The notes under the pieces: model-generated
What the model was told of the DNA's origin: nothing
Database searches by the model: none
Seen by the model: only the letters and a program-made list of their open reading frames with translations
Position numbers and translations under genes: made by a program
In this document: positions 1-13,624 of the stretch, piece after piece
Layout of the letters: each line of letters starts with the position of its first letter
Numbering within the stretch: the stretch's first letter is position 1
NCBI RefSeq assembly: GCF_964194025.1
Contig: NC_134475.1
Coordinates: 37,076,001 to 37,140,000 of the forward strand
DNA: 64,000 nucleotides
DNA from: Convolutriloba macropyga
Lineage: Eukaryota
Direction: 5' to 3'

Positions 1-2605
1 TACCGTAAGGATCCATGTTGATATCAAGATTAACCCAAATTTTGCTGCGCGTCTATCAAAACACCAAATTGTTCAGTGGCTGCAAATTAGATCAATTTTT
101 AATCATAACTTTTCAGTTTGACAAAAACAATTAGTGCCTTTTGTATAATTATCGAGTATGATATTGCAAAAAACTGGCAAAGTTCCAGAAGACACTTAAA
201 GCCAGCAGGAGTACAACTAAATTGCTTTGCAGCTAAAAAAGAATGTTGCTGCAATTTTACGGCGTCTACCTTAGGCAAATTTAAAGCAAGTGCGCCAAAA
301 ATAGCAAATTTGGTCGCATGTTTGACGAAAAAAGTCTGAATTGTGAAAAATTTAGCATAATTTCTTGCCAAAAAACTCGGATCGAACAATTCAGCAACAC
401 TGCTCTATCGTTAGTAATAAAATCAATAAGAAACACTACAGTTAACAATTTAAACATATTTTAGCAAAAATGAAAAAAATTGGTCAAAAATACCGAAAAT
501 GTGAATAAAAACAGCTGATTTACGTCTAATATTCACAAAACTTTGAACCTCGATAAATCCCTATAAAATTGACAAAAAACTTTTTAATTCCATATTCTGC
601 TCTGGACGGGCTTTCTAATGATACCACTCACAACTCTCTGCGATGATTAAATTGATCGGCCAAAACTGTCTGAACAAAAAAACCATTTCAGTATATAGTT
701 CCTCTCCCACTAAAGTGGATTGGAACAAAAAAAAACGTTAATTTTAAAAAGATGGCCTTTTCCCGTGCCATTTGGACTCCTTAGTGTGCGTTATAAACAT
801 TTTTCTGACCATTAATTAAATTTATGACTGAATTTATGAATTCAAACGTATGGAACATATTTTTTGACAAACCGAATGTAGAAGTAAATTTTAAAAAGTT
901 TTAACATTACTCAATTTTGTTGAATAAACTCCTTCAAAATTTTCAAATCGACTTCTGAAAACACTGATCTGTCGCGCCACAAAAGAGACACTATTTCCGT
1001 CGCTTTGGCGTTTTTGGGTGCAGAGAACAGCACAATACCTCTTCGCATCTTCGCATTTTATATTGGCTGTTCTTAATGAAATCTGCCTGTTTTTACTGAG
1101 ACTGCGCCCGAAGTCAAGATAAATAAGAGAAAACAGTGGCAAATTTAAAAAGTTCGCCGAAATTTAAAAAAATATATATAACAAAAGTCATAACAGACAT
1201 TAGAAAACAATTGAAGGAGTTGTGTAGGTTCAATTAAATCTTCAAAAACGCCAACTTAATATTTGATTGGGGACACTCGGTCTTTGGGCTATTAATAGCA
1301 AAACAAATGAGAGCAAAACTTAAGAAGTCCGAATAATTTTCACGAAATATTTCGTCAGAGAATTAAAAGCCATCAGTTTAACTCTGAAACCATATAGAAT
1401 CGCGTTGGGTTTTATTTATTGTTAACATTATCTGTCATTCATTGAGCCCTGGTTTGAAATTTCAGCCACTATTTTACATAAAAAACATTTACAGAGCTGA
1501 AATCTTTTGAAAAAAAAGATCGTGTCCAATTGAAATCTTTTATCGTAAGGATCCATGTTGATATCAAGATTAACCCAAATTTTGCTGCGCGTCTATCAAA
1601 ACACCAAATTGTTCAGTGGCTGCAAATTAGATCAATTTTTAATCTTAACTTTTCAGTTTGACAAAAACAATTAGTGCCTTTTGTATAATTATCGAGTATG
1701 AAAATGCAAAAAACTGGCAAAGTTCCAGAAGACACTTAAAGCCAGCAGGAGTACAACTAAATTGCTTTGCAGCTAAAAAAGAATGTGGCTGCAATTTTAC
1801 GGCGTCTACCTTAGGCAAATTTAAAGCAAGTGCGCCAAAAATAGCAAATTTGGTCGCATGTTTGACGAAAAAAGTCTGAATTGTGAAAAATTTAGCATAA
1901 TTTCTTGCCAAAAAACTCGGATCGAACAATTCAGCAACACTGCTCTATCGTTAGAAATAAAATCAATAAGAAACACTACAGTTAACAATTTAAACATATT
2001 TTAGCAAAAATGAAAAAAATTGGTCAAAAATACCGAAAATGTGAATAAAAACAACTGATTTACGTCTAATATTCACAAAACTTTGAACCTCGATAAATCC
2101 CTATAAAATTGACAAAAAACTTTTTAATTCCATATTCTGCTCTGGACGGGCTTTCTAAGGATACCACTCACAACTCTCTGCGATGATTAAATTGATCGGC
2201 CAAAACTGTCTGAACAAAAAAAACCATTTCAGTATATAGTTCCTCCCCCACTAAAGTGGATTGGAACAAAAAAAAAACCGTTAATTTTAAAAAGATGGCC
2301 TTTTCCCGTGCCATTTGGACTCCTTAGTGTGCGTTATAAACATTTTTCTGACCATTAATTAAATTTATGACTGAATTTATGAATTCAAACGTATGGAACA
2401 TATTTTTTGACAAACTGAATGTAGAAGTAAGTTTTAAAAAGTTTTAACATTATTCAATTTTGTTGAATAAAGTCCTTCAAAATTTTCAAATCGACTTCTG
2501 AAAACACTGATCTGTCGCGCCACAAAAAAAAACACCCTTTCCGTCGTTTTTGCGTTTTTGGGTGCAGAGAACAGCACAATACCTCTTCACATCTTCGCGT
2601 TTTAC
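1..2605. repeat. Tandem duplication, 1540-bp period (window starts inside it; 1541-2605 repeats 1-1065)
   Basis: Near-identical sequence restarts at 1541 (ta[c/t]cgtaaggatccatgttg); the ORF pair at 118 and 1658 is offset by exactly 1540. Confidence 0.95.
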
Positions 2606-3294
2606 ATCTGTAATATGAAGTCTAAAAAGTAGATAATATTTATGAACAGCTGTGATAATAGACGCAGAGGTTTTGTAACTGTTTTCGAGGGTTAAGCTAT
2701 CATCACCGCCATCTATATGCGCTTTTGAGCTTGTAAAAAATGAGCACTCTATGCAAAAATATGCAATTAAAGACTTGTTTTATTATTGACTTTACTTGCT
2801 ATAATGATGTAAAATCAATTGACAATGAACTTGGTTATCATGATAGTCATCAACACAACATATTAGCGGTTTAACTAATTTAATATCAGCAGTCCGTTTT
2901 TTTCTTCATAACAAGAAATAGGCCTCTATTACAATATGCTTTTGTTGTCCCACTTGGGTCAGCTAAGAACAAAAACATGTTATTGGAAGCATTAACATAG
3001 CTAGAGTTCTTTCTTCAGGATACATGCTGTTGTTTTCCGCACAAGCATTGTAGTCAATTTGATTTAAGTTCAATGCCCCCACTCATTGGTTGAGAAAAAC
3101 ATCAGAGCGCTAATAATTGTCGTTAAAATTTGGTGTCCCTACTGATTGGGTGACATATAAAAAAGATTTTTGAATCCATGCGAGTAGATTTTTGAATCAT
3201 GTTTGGTGATAAATATTACCTGACCTTTCTCCGATTAAAAGCTGAACGTCAAAATTTTACTTCAAGGTATAAAATCTCCGTTTTCATAGCGAAA

Positions 3295-4255
3295 CCATCT
3301 CCATTTAGATCTAGTTCCTCTTATGGGCAGATTTGAGGCCCTTAGGATGACAAAATTCAATCTCAGTTTGACCCACTTAATGATAATGATGTAAGGTTTG
3401 TCCCATTTTGAAGCGGGTCGGAGAATTTTGAAGCGAGCCCGACAATCTTCTGAGAAAAACTTTGCTCTCTCTGGCCATCATACCATCAACATTGAAAATT
3501 AACGGAGTAAAGGCGATATGTTTATCTTAACAAGCCTCGGAGTATTTTCTCCTGTTTTCGTCAGCGCAGCTTTTCAGCACATCCTCAGGATTTCTGTTGC
3601 TGTAAGATTTTGCCTCAGTGTCTGTGACACGAATATCAAACGCGGCACTTTCTAGTGGGCTCCAGACACTTCTCGTGAGAAGATCGGCTCTTAACGTTTT
3701 CTGATTCTCAGAATGTTCACGAATTTTTGGATCTTTTCGCGTGTAAGTCAATGCAAGGCACGATAAGTCTCCCAATAAATCTCTAATTTCTTTATGCCTT
3801 TGTGTAATCAAGCCTCCCTTTTGCAAATGAGGGAATGCTGAACATTGAAATATTCACCACAGCCATCACATTTTAGAGGCAGGTTTGTTCGAGGCAAGCC
3901 GTATCTTAGCGCCATAGAATCTTGGAATTCGTTCTGCGACAAAACAAAATAGTCTTTCTCTGAACACTTTTGCTGTTAACAAACAAGAGTTTCCTGTTTT
4001 GAAATTCCGCTTCCTTCTTTTCCTCCCTGATGAGCATGCTTGTTCTAATACTCTGCAGGGACTCGTTTTCAAGATGAAAACTTTGTTTGCTGCTGCGAAC
4101 ATGAGTTTTGTGTGCGTCGGCGTCCAATGTCGTTCCATTCAAAATAGACTCCGTAATTAGGAAAGATGTTATCTTGGACATTTCAAATTGCTCACTTGCT
4201 TTTACCACTGGGTTTGGAATACCTAATCCTCCGTTCTTAGCATATTATGAGCATA
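3295..4255 (-). mobile_element. Decayed non-LTR retrotransposon 3' fragment with restriction-like endonuclease (CRE-like)
   Basis: Minus-strand GGLGIPNP (RT thumb), GGLITQRH.EIRDLL, RADL, FDIRVTDT.A.SY and RRKYSEAC, typical of RLE-type LINE C-termini; frameshifts and an internal deletion. Confidence 0.8.
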
Positions 4256-4949
4256 ATTTTTGCCCAAACGTAGTTAATACATTTAGCCAAGTTAATCACT
4301 GTTTAAAAAAATTTGAATAGCTAATATGCATTCCTCCGGTAATATTACAGCATTTCTAGTGTCTAAACAATTAAAAAATTGACACAAAGTAAAATATTTT
4401 ATCTTTCAATTGAAAAACGTATAAACTCATATCTCCAGAAGATTCTAAAAGTTCCTGTCGACAGTCAGAAGAGTAGTGAAAAGAGTTGACATCTTTTATT
4501 AGCAGTTGCTACTGTAACTAAACTTTAGTTACTGTTGCTACTGTAAAATTGTTGTTACTGTACAAAACTCCATGCTGATAACTGCTAATTTTAGTTATTA
4601 TTCCACAATTTTTGTTAGGAAAATGTTTCATATTTATTCCTCAATCTACAATTATTATGAAATTGCTGTAATCATTTTTATTCCTCATTCACCAATCAAT
4701 GTTAAGAAGCAATTATAACCACATTTATCCGTCGTGCTGACATTTTTGGTTGATTAATCTGTAATGAAAACTTAGTTCACATTTTTTTTTCTTTCTATAG
4801 GTATTGTTAAATACTTTTTTCGGTTTTTGTTTAGCCCTCACTCTACAATTTTTTCATGAGAAAGACGATTTTAAAGAATATCCCAAAAGAGGCCCGCAGA
4901 CCAGCCAAGACAACAGTAGAAGAGAATGCAACCTCCATCTATACCCGCC

Positions 4950-5237
4950 ACACACTAACAGGTAAATATATCAAACGGATAAATTTCAGGTTTAGTTAAG
5001 GCAAAGTTAAGGGATTTTTTAAGGTAATTTTAAGGTAATTATTTAAGGTAATTTTAAGGGAACTTAGAGTAAAATTTAAGGTTTTTTTAAGGTTAGTGAG
5101 GCCTTAACTTTTCAGGTAAAATTCAGGTAAGGTAAGAGTTAGTTAAGGTGAGTTAAGTAAAGGCAAATCTACCTTAACAGTTAATGTGAGTTAGGCTGTT
5201 TCTTAAGGTAAAATTACCTTAACTTTATTTAGTGTGT
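4950..5237. mobile_element. MITE-like element with ACACACTAA/TTAGTGTGT terminal inverted repeats
   Basis: 9-bp TIR at 4950-4958 and 5229-5237; interior built from TTAAGGTAA/TTACCTTAA motifs; no clean TSD. Confidence 0.55.
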
Positions 5238-5459
5238 ACTTCCAATCCATGCCCCACAAACAGGGACGACTATGCCATAGCGGCGAACTCAAGGCGGCTC
5301 ATCATATTAGCTATTTGAAATAGGAACTCCCTAATACAACCCTAGTCTAGATCTGAAGTTCACTAAAAGCCCTAATAATACAAGGTGGGGGTATTGCATT
5401 CAGCTACACAGTCGAAGACCCTAGTTGAAGTCGAGGCTAATTCTTTCCATACCTGGGTC

Positions 5460-5900
5460 GAGGTTTGGCGGTGAATTTTCGTAAGAAATGCGGTGAAATG
5501 TGGTGAAAAAAAAATAATTTTCACCGCGTATTTCGTACATCTTTTTGCGGTGAATGCGGTGAATCGCGGTGAATTATTTTTTTTCACCGCGTTCTCGGTG
5601 GCGGTGAATTATTCTTTTTCACCGCTTAATGCGATGAACTATTTTTTTTCACCGCATCTAGCGGTGAAAAAAAATAATTCACCGCTTGGGAGAAAGCGGT
5701 GAATTATTTTTTTTCACCGCTAGATGCGGTGAAAAAAAATAATTCACCACTTTCTCCCAAGCGTTGAATTATTTTTTTTTCACCGCTAGATGCGGTGAAA
5801 ACAAAATAATTCATCGCATTAAGCGGTGAAAAAAAACAATTAACCGCCACCGAGAACGCGGTGAAAAAAAAATATTGCGCTAAAAAAATATTGCGGTAAA
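5460..5900. repeat. Foldback-type GCGGTGAA/TTCACCGC modular repeat containing a ~300-bp palindrome
   Basis: Arms 5575-5720 and 5726-5874 are near-perfect reverse complements around a tagat loop. Confidence 0.9.
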
Positions 5901-6395
5901 AAAAATTTTAAAAAAATATTGCGCTAAAATCTAAATGAGACAAAACTAGTGATTTAAAAAGATTTATTCTTGTCTTTAGCGGTACCTGATAACGAACCAA
6001 ATATAATGATCTGATTGCTGAAGCCATTTTACTGATAACCTTATTTAGTTGATTTTGGTATGTCAGTTCCCTGTCAATTATTACACCTAAATATCTACAT
6101 TTTTCAGATGCTTCCAATCGGTGTCCCTTGAAATCGACAGTTTCAATGATCGGCAATTTTTCATTCCTGAACACCATTAACTCCGTTTTTTTCTCATTCA
6201 AAGTTAACCTGTTTTGTTTCATATATTGATCTGTCTTGTTTATAATGTATCTTCAGCTATTAGCTGCAAATTAACTTCATTCTTTGCATGACATAGAATT
6301 GCTGTATCATCGGCAAACTGTAATACATCACAATTCGTTGATACAGCTTCACTGAAATCGTTGACATAAAGTATAAAAATTAGAGGCCCTAAGAA
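5890..6395 (-). mobile_element. CR1/L2-like LINE reverse transcriptase fragment
   Basis: Minus strand reads LGPLIFILYVND...LQFADDTAI, then NRLTLNEKKTELMVF and YLGVIIDRELTY; frameshifted. Confidence 0.9.
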
Positions 6396-6404
6396 ACTCG
6401 CTCA

Positions 6405-6750
6405 GCTTGTTGTTACTTATTAGTTTCTTGTGTCATACCGGTGGTTGTTTTGTCGGCGGTTGATCTAGAGGTCGATACGAAAGCTGGTGTAGATGAGCCC
6501 AAGTCCATCTTATCATTAATTGACCGCAAACATCTACGACATTGGTTATAGGAGCCGAAACGCCCCCTTCAAGGGCTACAGAGACTATCATAGCCGTTCA
6601 TTGCCACCCTCGGCTTCTTGATTCTCCCTAGTTTCTCTGTCAGTAGCAGGAGAGGATGAAGATTGTTTCTCGGTTCTGGCCGTTGAACTGAACCTGGCAG
6701 CCAGAGTACTGCTCGCGAGCACTGTCATACTCAGCAGAGAGATTTTCCAG
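6405..6750 (-). mobile_element. Possible tRNA-headed SINE
   Basis: Minus strand has a degenerate A-box (GCTGAGT) and B-box (GGTTCAGTTC) at tRNA spacing, a GC-richer body and a short CAA tail; single copy here. Confidence 0.3.
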
Positions 6751-7199
6751 CAGTACGATGGCATCATTAACTTACAGGTACACTAAACCTCCCTTGAATC
6801 ACCAGTTGTAATAAATTAAGTTGTTGTTGTTGTTGATTATCAGATTTTCTTTGTTCTATTTATGCCAAGATAAACGCGCTAATTGCACATAGCATTCTGC
6901 CAAGTGAAGCTGTTTAGATCGTTGATTCAATTAGGTGATGCTTAATTGACTTCACACAACTGACACAATAACAGACAGATATCAAAATCTCAACTTTTAG
7001 CCAAAATATCATTAAATTGTGAAATACGCTAAAGCCAATAACGTTGGTCAGAGAAAAGCACTGCTTATTTTTTCTGACGTCGCAGGGTCCATATCGATGG
7101 TTTTTAAAGAGCAAAACATCATCCAAAAAATAATCCAAGTATCACCCTTTTCATTAAAAAATCTATCATAATTAATTTTAGATTCTTTTCATAACTCTG

Positions 7200-7630
7200 C
7201 TGGCTTCTCTTTGTTCTTTAGTGCGGAAGAAGTATATGCTCAACTGGTTTTTCTGTTCAAACAATTTTCTCCGATCGATATAATCATCGTACAGGGTTGT
7301 GAGTGGTATCATTAGAAAACTTGTCGAGCGTTGACTTTCAAATTAAAAAAATTGTTGAAATTTTGCTATTTTTCCGAGGAGTTACGAAAGATTAAAAATT
7401 TGTGAACGTTATACTAAATTCCGTTGTTTTGTTCAGATTTTTCGTAACCCTTGCTAAAATTTTGATCAATTTTTGCTAAAAATATGGTAAAAATAATAAC
7501 GATTTTATGTTAAAGGATAGGGAGGAGTTGGTCAACTGTTTAAAAAACTGTGTTGATTAAATTTTCAGCCGACTTTTTAAAAGCTCACACTTTTTCACAA
7601 AAAAAGCAGCAAGTTTGCCTATTTGGCCTG
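7200..7630 (-). repeat. Diverged inverted copy of the dispersed repeat present at ~300-720 and ~1840-2260
   Basis: gttgtgagtggtatcattagaaa (7277-7319 region) is the reverse complement of tttctaatgataccactcacaac (~612); colinear similarity continues on both sides. Confidence 0.7.
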
Positions 7631-10219
7631 TTTTGCCAAGTTTGATTGGTAGTGAATTACAGCATCTCTGCTCGTTATCTTGATTCTATGTCAGCACCAT
7701 TATAGTGAGAGTAAAATATGAGAGTAAAATCATTTCAGGCTTCATCCTATGATCACAACTTATTTACTAGAGTGTATACTGTAAATCTTCGTTACTCACA
7801 TACGGGCTAATTCTAACTCCGGTTCCTACGAAAGTTTTCTAAAAATAACATTTTTGAGGACTCAAGCTCAATTAAAGTGATGTTTAGAAAAAATTCTGTT
7901 CTTGATAATAGGGTTTTTGTTAGCAAAAAAAAACTAATAAACAATTTTTAGATCGAATGCGTTTCTTAACAGCTGCATAACGATAGCAAGGCAAGTCTTG
8001 CTCACAACGTTCAGTTTTGCAAAGGAAAAGAATTCGGGCTGCAATTTGTGTCCGTTCCTTTTTCAGATATTTTTGCAAATTGTTCATTCATGTTACAGGC
8101 AAGTCTGTTTTAATTTAAAAGAGCCCAATTGTGTTTAAATAGTTTCCAGTGAATAGATTTTGTGCTCTGTAAAGCTCATGGTTTTTATGACTCCGACAAT
8201 AAGTTTTCGAACGAGCCTTTTGAATTCATGATTTTTGCCTTTGTTTGATGTTCTTTTATTGGTCTTATGACTGAGTCTAATTAATCAAATGTCTAATTTG
8301 GTATTGAAAGTGTTATTAATAACTTATCTAATGCTATGGGTGATATGTAATGGTTTTTTGGTAATTTAAATCCATAATAATCAAAAAGTTATCACTCTTC
8401 TGATATATTGACACATAGTCAAATTAGCTATTTCAGCAACATTAGGATAAATTGTTTAATGGAAAAGCAGCAATTGCAACACCAGTTTTGGTCTATTTGT
8501 GGAAAATTACCGTTCAAAAAATATTTGTTTAAATTACAGTTCAATATTTGTAAAATTGTTTTGTAATAGATTGCTATAACTTTTTTCGAAACAGTTTTGC
8601 GTTTTTTTTATGTTAGTTACAGATCAGAATGATTTCAAATTAGACCTCAATTATTGATAGGTCAATTTTGCGTCCAAATGAAAGCCAATCAACATAAATG
8701 ATATCTTCAGCGAAAAGTATCTGGCTTCAACATTGTTTGCGTAAAGCTGTTTGTGAAACTTTGAGTTTTGCCTGTTTTCATGATAATTTGTAGCTTTTTG
8801 ACTTAGTTTCGCTAATGGCATGTCTGATGGAATTCCAAAGCAGTAAAAAGTTAGGTCTATTTACCTTTTGTTCTGATACTTACGGTTTTTTTGTCTTACG
8901 GTAAATGGTTTTTTGAGCTGTGCCACTTTTGATGTTATTTCTGCTAAATTTAGCGTAGTTTCTGCAAAGAACGACTTTGCTTTCTTTTTCAGGTGAATTA
9001 TAATCCCGTCTTCCTTTTTTATATAAAATTTGATTTTCCGCGTTGATATTAATTTTTTTTAGGTTTTCGAGTTTTTGGGGTTCTATTTTGCTGTCTTGTC
9101 CGATCCTCACATTGATGTTATATTAATGACAAGTTCCATATCACAGTACTGACGTTGAAAAAAAGCGAATCTCAAAATTGGATTGACTTTTTGATTTTTG
9201 GCTGTATTTGTTCTTTCTGTTGTCTAATGGCATTCTGGATAATGAAAGGTCTCAATACTTTTGATGAGGGTATAGATGAGGCCATTGAATAATTTCAGTT
9301 GATGGTTAACGGCTTTTATGTCTTTGAAATTAATTGTTTTAAAAAAGTGTAAACGCATTTTCTAAGTTTGCCCTTTTTGTTTTCTGTCTACTTGCTAATA
9401 TTTGTTATATTTGCCAATAATTCTTTCCATGCTAATTGGACTTTTTAATTGTATTTTAATAGATAGATATTGAGTTTTGGTCAGATGTTATGCTGCTCTT
9501 TTTATTTGATTTTGTTATTCGTCCTGTCCCTTACTCTCCTTAATTGCGGGTGTCATCGGTCTCTAATCTGTGATTGTTAAATTTGTGTAGTGCTTTGAGC
9601 CTAAAAAAACGATTTTTAAATGGATACACCGCACCAATTTTTTTGAACAATTAATAGTTGTTTGAAAGTTTTCTATCTCTTCCTCGTTTGTTGGACAAAT
9701 AAGTCAAAAACTTGAAAAAACGGATAGGCAGGGTCGGAGCATTATCTGAAAATGCACATTACTGAGTCTCCTTGATTCATTCAATTGACATTTAAATATT
9801 GTGAAATGCAAACAGGTGTCATCATAGGCTTCCAATAGGCACAATTTTCTACACAGTTCTTTTTGAACGCCCAAATAAACATTCATAACCGGAAAAATTA
9901 GAAATAATGAAAGGTGATCGCAAGAACGTCAGTTTGGAATACATTTGTCAGCAAAACAGTATATTAACAATTGCCTTAGTACCATTTCAAGGGGAATAAT
10001 AGTTTATATCTTTCTCTAAAATCTTCTGAAGTGAGCAAGTATTTAAATTCGTTGGCTTTAAATGAGATTGATCAAGAACAAGGATATGGTTTTATCTGAT
10101 ATTTTACGATTCTACTATTCTACGAAATTAGGCCAATCTCTCAAAAACTAAACTTTCTTCGGAAAAAATTGAACTCAATATATCAGAAACCGATACCAAA
10201 TTTAAGCTTCCGAGAACAA

Positions 10220-13200
10220 AATTATTGAAAATTTGACGAGAAAATTTGCTTTTTGAAATGCATCCGGAAAAAAACAATGGAAGAATTTTTTTGTTCGAAG
10301 GTGGAGAAAAACCAAATATTAATTGTGCTTAAGATAAGCTTGACAAGACGCACTACTGTTTTAGAGTATAAGTATACTTGGCTTGATATAAGAAGCCTTG
10401 ATGGACACAAAAAAAAACAAGAAATAAATTTAAGAGATGTCAAGGTTCGAAAGCTCAAGACCTGTTGATGTAATGGCCAAAACAAGCCTTGCAGATAAAA
10501 GATACTATTCAAATCCAGCTGGTCCATTCTCACAGTAGTCTTGCCTGCTCAGTCCCAAACAAACTATGGGCTCAGCAGTTTTCTCAGTCACAAAAATAAT
10601 ATTAAAACAAACTCAGTTTGCTTTTTGACACTGATGACCCTTTTCTGCTTATTTACTTTGTCTTGAAAATTGTTGTGCTCACTCAAATAACAATGGATCA
10701 ACAGATAGTAAAGTTCTCTGCCTACACAGGAAAAGCACAAAGCTTTCCAATATGGAGCACAAGATTTGTGGCAATGATGCAGAACAAGGGGTTGACTAAT
10801 CTAAGGATCTGGACAGCTTCTTCGTCGGAAGACAGGAGAAGCTCACAAGGCGCCCAGAAACAGGGAAAGCAATCTTAGAGCGCCTTTTGAGGCCTTGATT
10901 ATCATTTGTCTGCCAATTAAAATTTAATATATAAAAAAGCTTCAATCCAGCAACAAATTTTACGGATTTTTCATGAACGACCATGCTAGCTTAGCACAAA
11001 AGGACAAGGGACAAAGTCGTTCAGTTGCACTACTGGTGGAGTATGAAATCACGGAGGGACCCAAAAAAATAAACTACCTTTTTTGGGATCCCTGGACATT
11101 TAGCAAATGACTGCAGAAGGAAGATGACAGCGCAGAGAATGAAATATGGGGAGAAAGTTCACCTACACAGGGCATAAAGAGATTGAAAAAACAATTAGTC
11201 AGTGGCTTTAGGTCGACATTTTATTCATCATTCGACGAGAACAGGCAACGCTTACCCAGTTAAAGACAGCAGAAATACCAATGGACTGGTTGTACAAACA
11301 ATCTGGTGACAATCATCCAGGGATTCATCGACTTTGCGCCCATTCAAACAACTGCCAAATATTCCAACGGAGAGGCTTTCAAGGTGGTGTACAGAGGCTG
11401 TATGAGGACAATATTACCCTCAAAAAACGAAAGAAAAATGCGATTTCAAAATTTGGTGTCTCTGAATATTCTTCAGACAGACATCAAATTGCTTTAAATA
11501 TCCATAAATTGCTCTAAATACTCCCGGTCTTCTAGAGTTAAAGATGATTTCCAACCGCGTGAAACTTGAGAGAGCAAATAAGTGGCATAGACGATTAGGT
11601 CAACTAGATTAAGTGGATGTGGTCAGAGTGGATCAAAGTGGATCAAAAGCAAAAGAGAGCATGGACCTGAAAGCTGTGTGAAAAGTGCGCGCATTGACCA
11701 AGATCTTATAGACTCCAGCACCAAAATCTACAAATACCCAGGCAGAGGAGAACTGTAGAGTGCTTTCACCAATGTAGTGGGACCCCTGATTATAGAATTA
11801 ATGTCAGGGTTGTGATTCTGCTTGATAGCAGACAGTACACAAAGTTTTTGGATTTGCTCAAAGCAAGCAGTGAAGTACTGGCAAGCCTAAAGAGCTGAGA
11901 GTTCTCAACGTAGAGATGCCTAAGAAGTTGAGACAAAACGACATAAAGGAGTAACTCTCATTGCAGTAGAGGATGTATTGCTTAGACGCAAGAATTCAAC
12001 AGAAGAAAATATCAGATGCGCGACAACAGGTCAGGATAGCTAATAGGGGCAACCGGATATTGATCGAGATGGGATGATGTTTGCTCATTGATTCAAAAGA
12101 TAAACAGCGTTAGATGAAGCATCTATTGCATCAGAAGGCAGTCGAAGATGCTCAGATCACCTATGAACATTTTAAGAGAAGATTAATTACCACAGAGACT
12201 GATGGATTTATTGACCGTGCACGGGAGCATGTGGAAAGTGACGAGCGCCGACGGGAAACTCAAGCAAAGAAAGCTTGCTACTTTTTTGAAGAAGGCAAGA
12301 CCCACCTTGCTCAGACTGACGTTAGCTACGTGGTACCCAACAGTTTAATAATCCAAGCAAGAGGGTGAGTGTGACCAGTGGCACAAGGCAAACAAAGAAG
12401 ACCTCAGGGCACTCCAGGAGGACAACGCATGGAGCTGGTGATACCATCAACGGCTAGAGATATAATCCCGGGCAATTGGGTCTAGAATGCGAAATTGGGA
12501 CCCATTGGTCAAGTTAAAATAGAACACACGCTGCGAGGCAAATTGTTTGCAAAAAGGGAATGATTGGACTATTATCAGTCTTTTCAGCTTACTTGTGAGC
12601 CAGAGAAATTCAGGACTCTACTTAAGGTATCGGCAATACTGGTGAATGTGATGCACCAGCTTGATGTCCAGAAGAAACAACCACAGTTGCATCTGAAACA
12701 ACCACAGTTTTTTTAGGCTTGGATCAGTTAGAGAAGTTAGAATGTGGACTAATTAAATCAATTTATGGTTTGGAAAAGGCTGTTTACAACTGGTACAAGG
12801 AGTAGGCGAACTTCTTTCTGGAAGAGAAACGGGAAGAATCATTGCCTTTTCACAAGAGCAGAAAAAGATGGTCACACGTTAAAACTGTTCTAGGTTCACG
12901 TCATCACTATCATTTAAGCTTCTTGATGGTACTATGATCCTCGTAGCAAAGGAGGGCCAAGAAGAAACTTTCCACAAGGCTGAGCCTCGGAGTGCGACGA
13001 AAAGACGCTACATGAAGACAAAAATTGAGCGTTTTTAAATGAAAAATTAGGAATACTCAAGAACTCCAGCCGACCTTAACTTGAAACGTTAGACAGCACA
13101 GAATGGAGATGAAGACGTGAATCCGAGACTCTTCATAAGCCTGGTGGGATCACTCCTTTATCTGGCAAAATAGGCTAAGCAAGATGTCATGTTTGAAGTT

Positions 13201-13620
13201 ACTCTTTTGTTCAGACACATGGAAAGACCCGAAAAACAACATTGGCAATGTGCAAAACGACCATTACGATGTCTGCAAAACTCGAAACAATCAAAAATAT
13301 TTATACTTAAGAGGCTGGTTGTAATTTGGGCTGGACATTGACGTAGATTTGTCGGGAGTTGTAGGCAACAGAGAAGAAATAACTATCTCACGCTCAACGA
13401 CCAAGGCATAACACTCAGCTAGGGTGCCAACACGGCAGTAGCAGTTCATGAAGCACTGTACCTAAAAACAACTTCTGGAGGATTTCAGTATGCGAAAGAA
13501 ACATCCAATAAAAATTGAAGAGCTCTAACGTTGAATCAAGCCTTGCCAGAACCCAGCCATGCAAAAGCGAAGTAAAAACAGCGGCAATTTCAATTCATTA
13601 CATTCCTACCAACAAAATAG
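10220..13620 (+). mobile_element. Decayed Ty1/Copia LTR retrotransposon, copy 1 (3'-truncated, ~450-bp internal deletion near 12100)
   Basis: PBS-like tatgggctcag (~10565), gag start MDQQIVKF..FPIWSTRF, knuckle remnant GHLANDCRR, pre-integrase KWHRRLG, RT/RNase H remnants; many stops. Confidence 0.85.
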
Positions 13621-13624
13621 AAGA

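Noticed and set aside
5460-5900. CRISPR-like repeat-spacer appearance
   Set aside because: Spacers are 5-10 bp and mirrored; eukaryotic context; explained by palindrome.
7700-10200. Possible highly decayed minus-strand LINE (D*RP-like remnant near 9560)
   Set aside because: Too degenerate to support; no clear catalytic motif.
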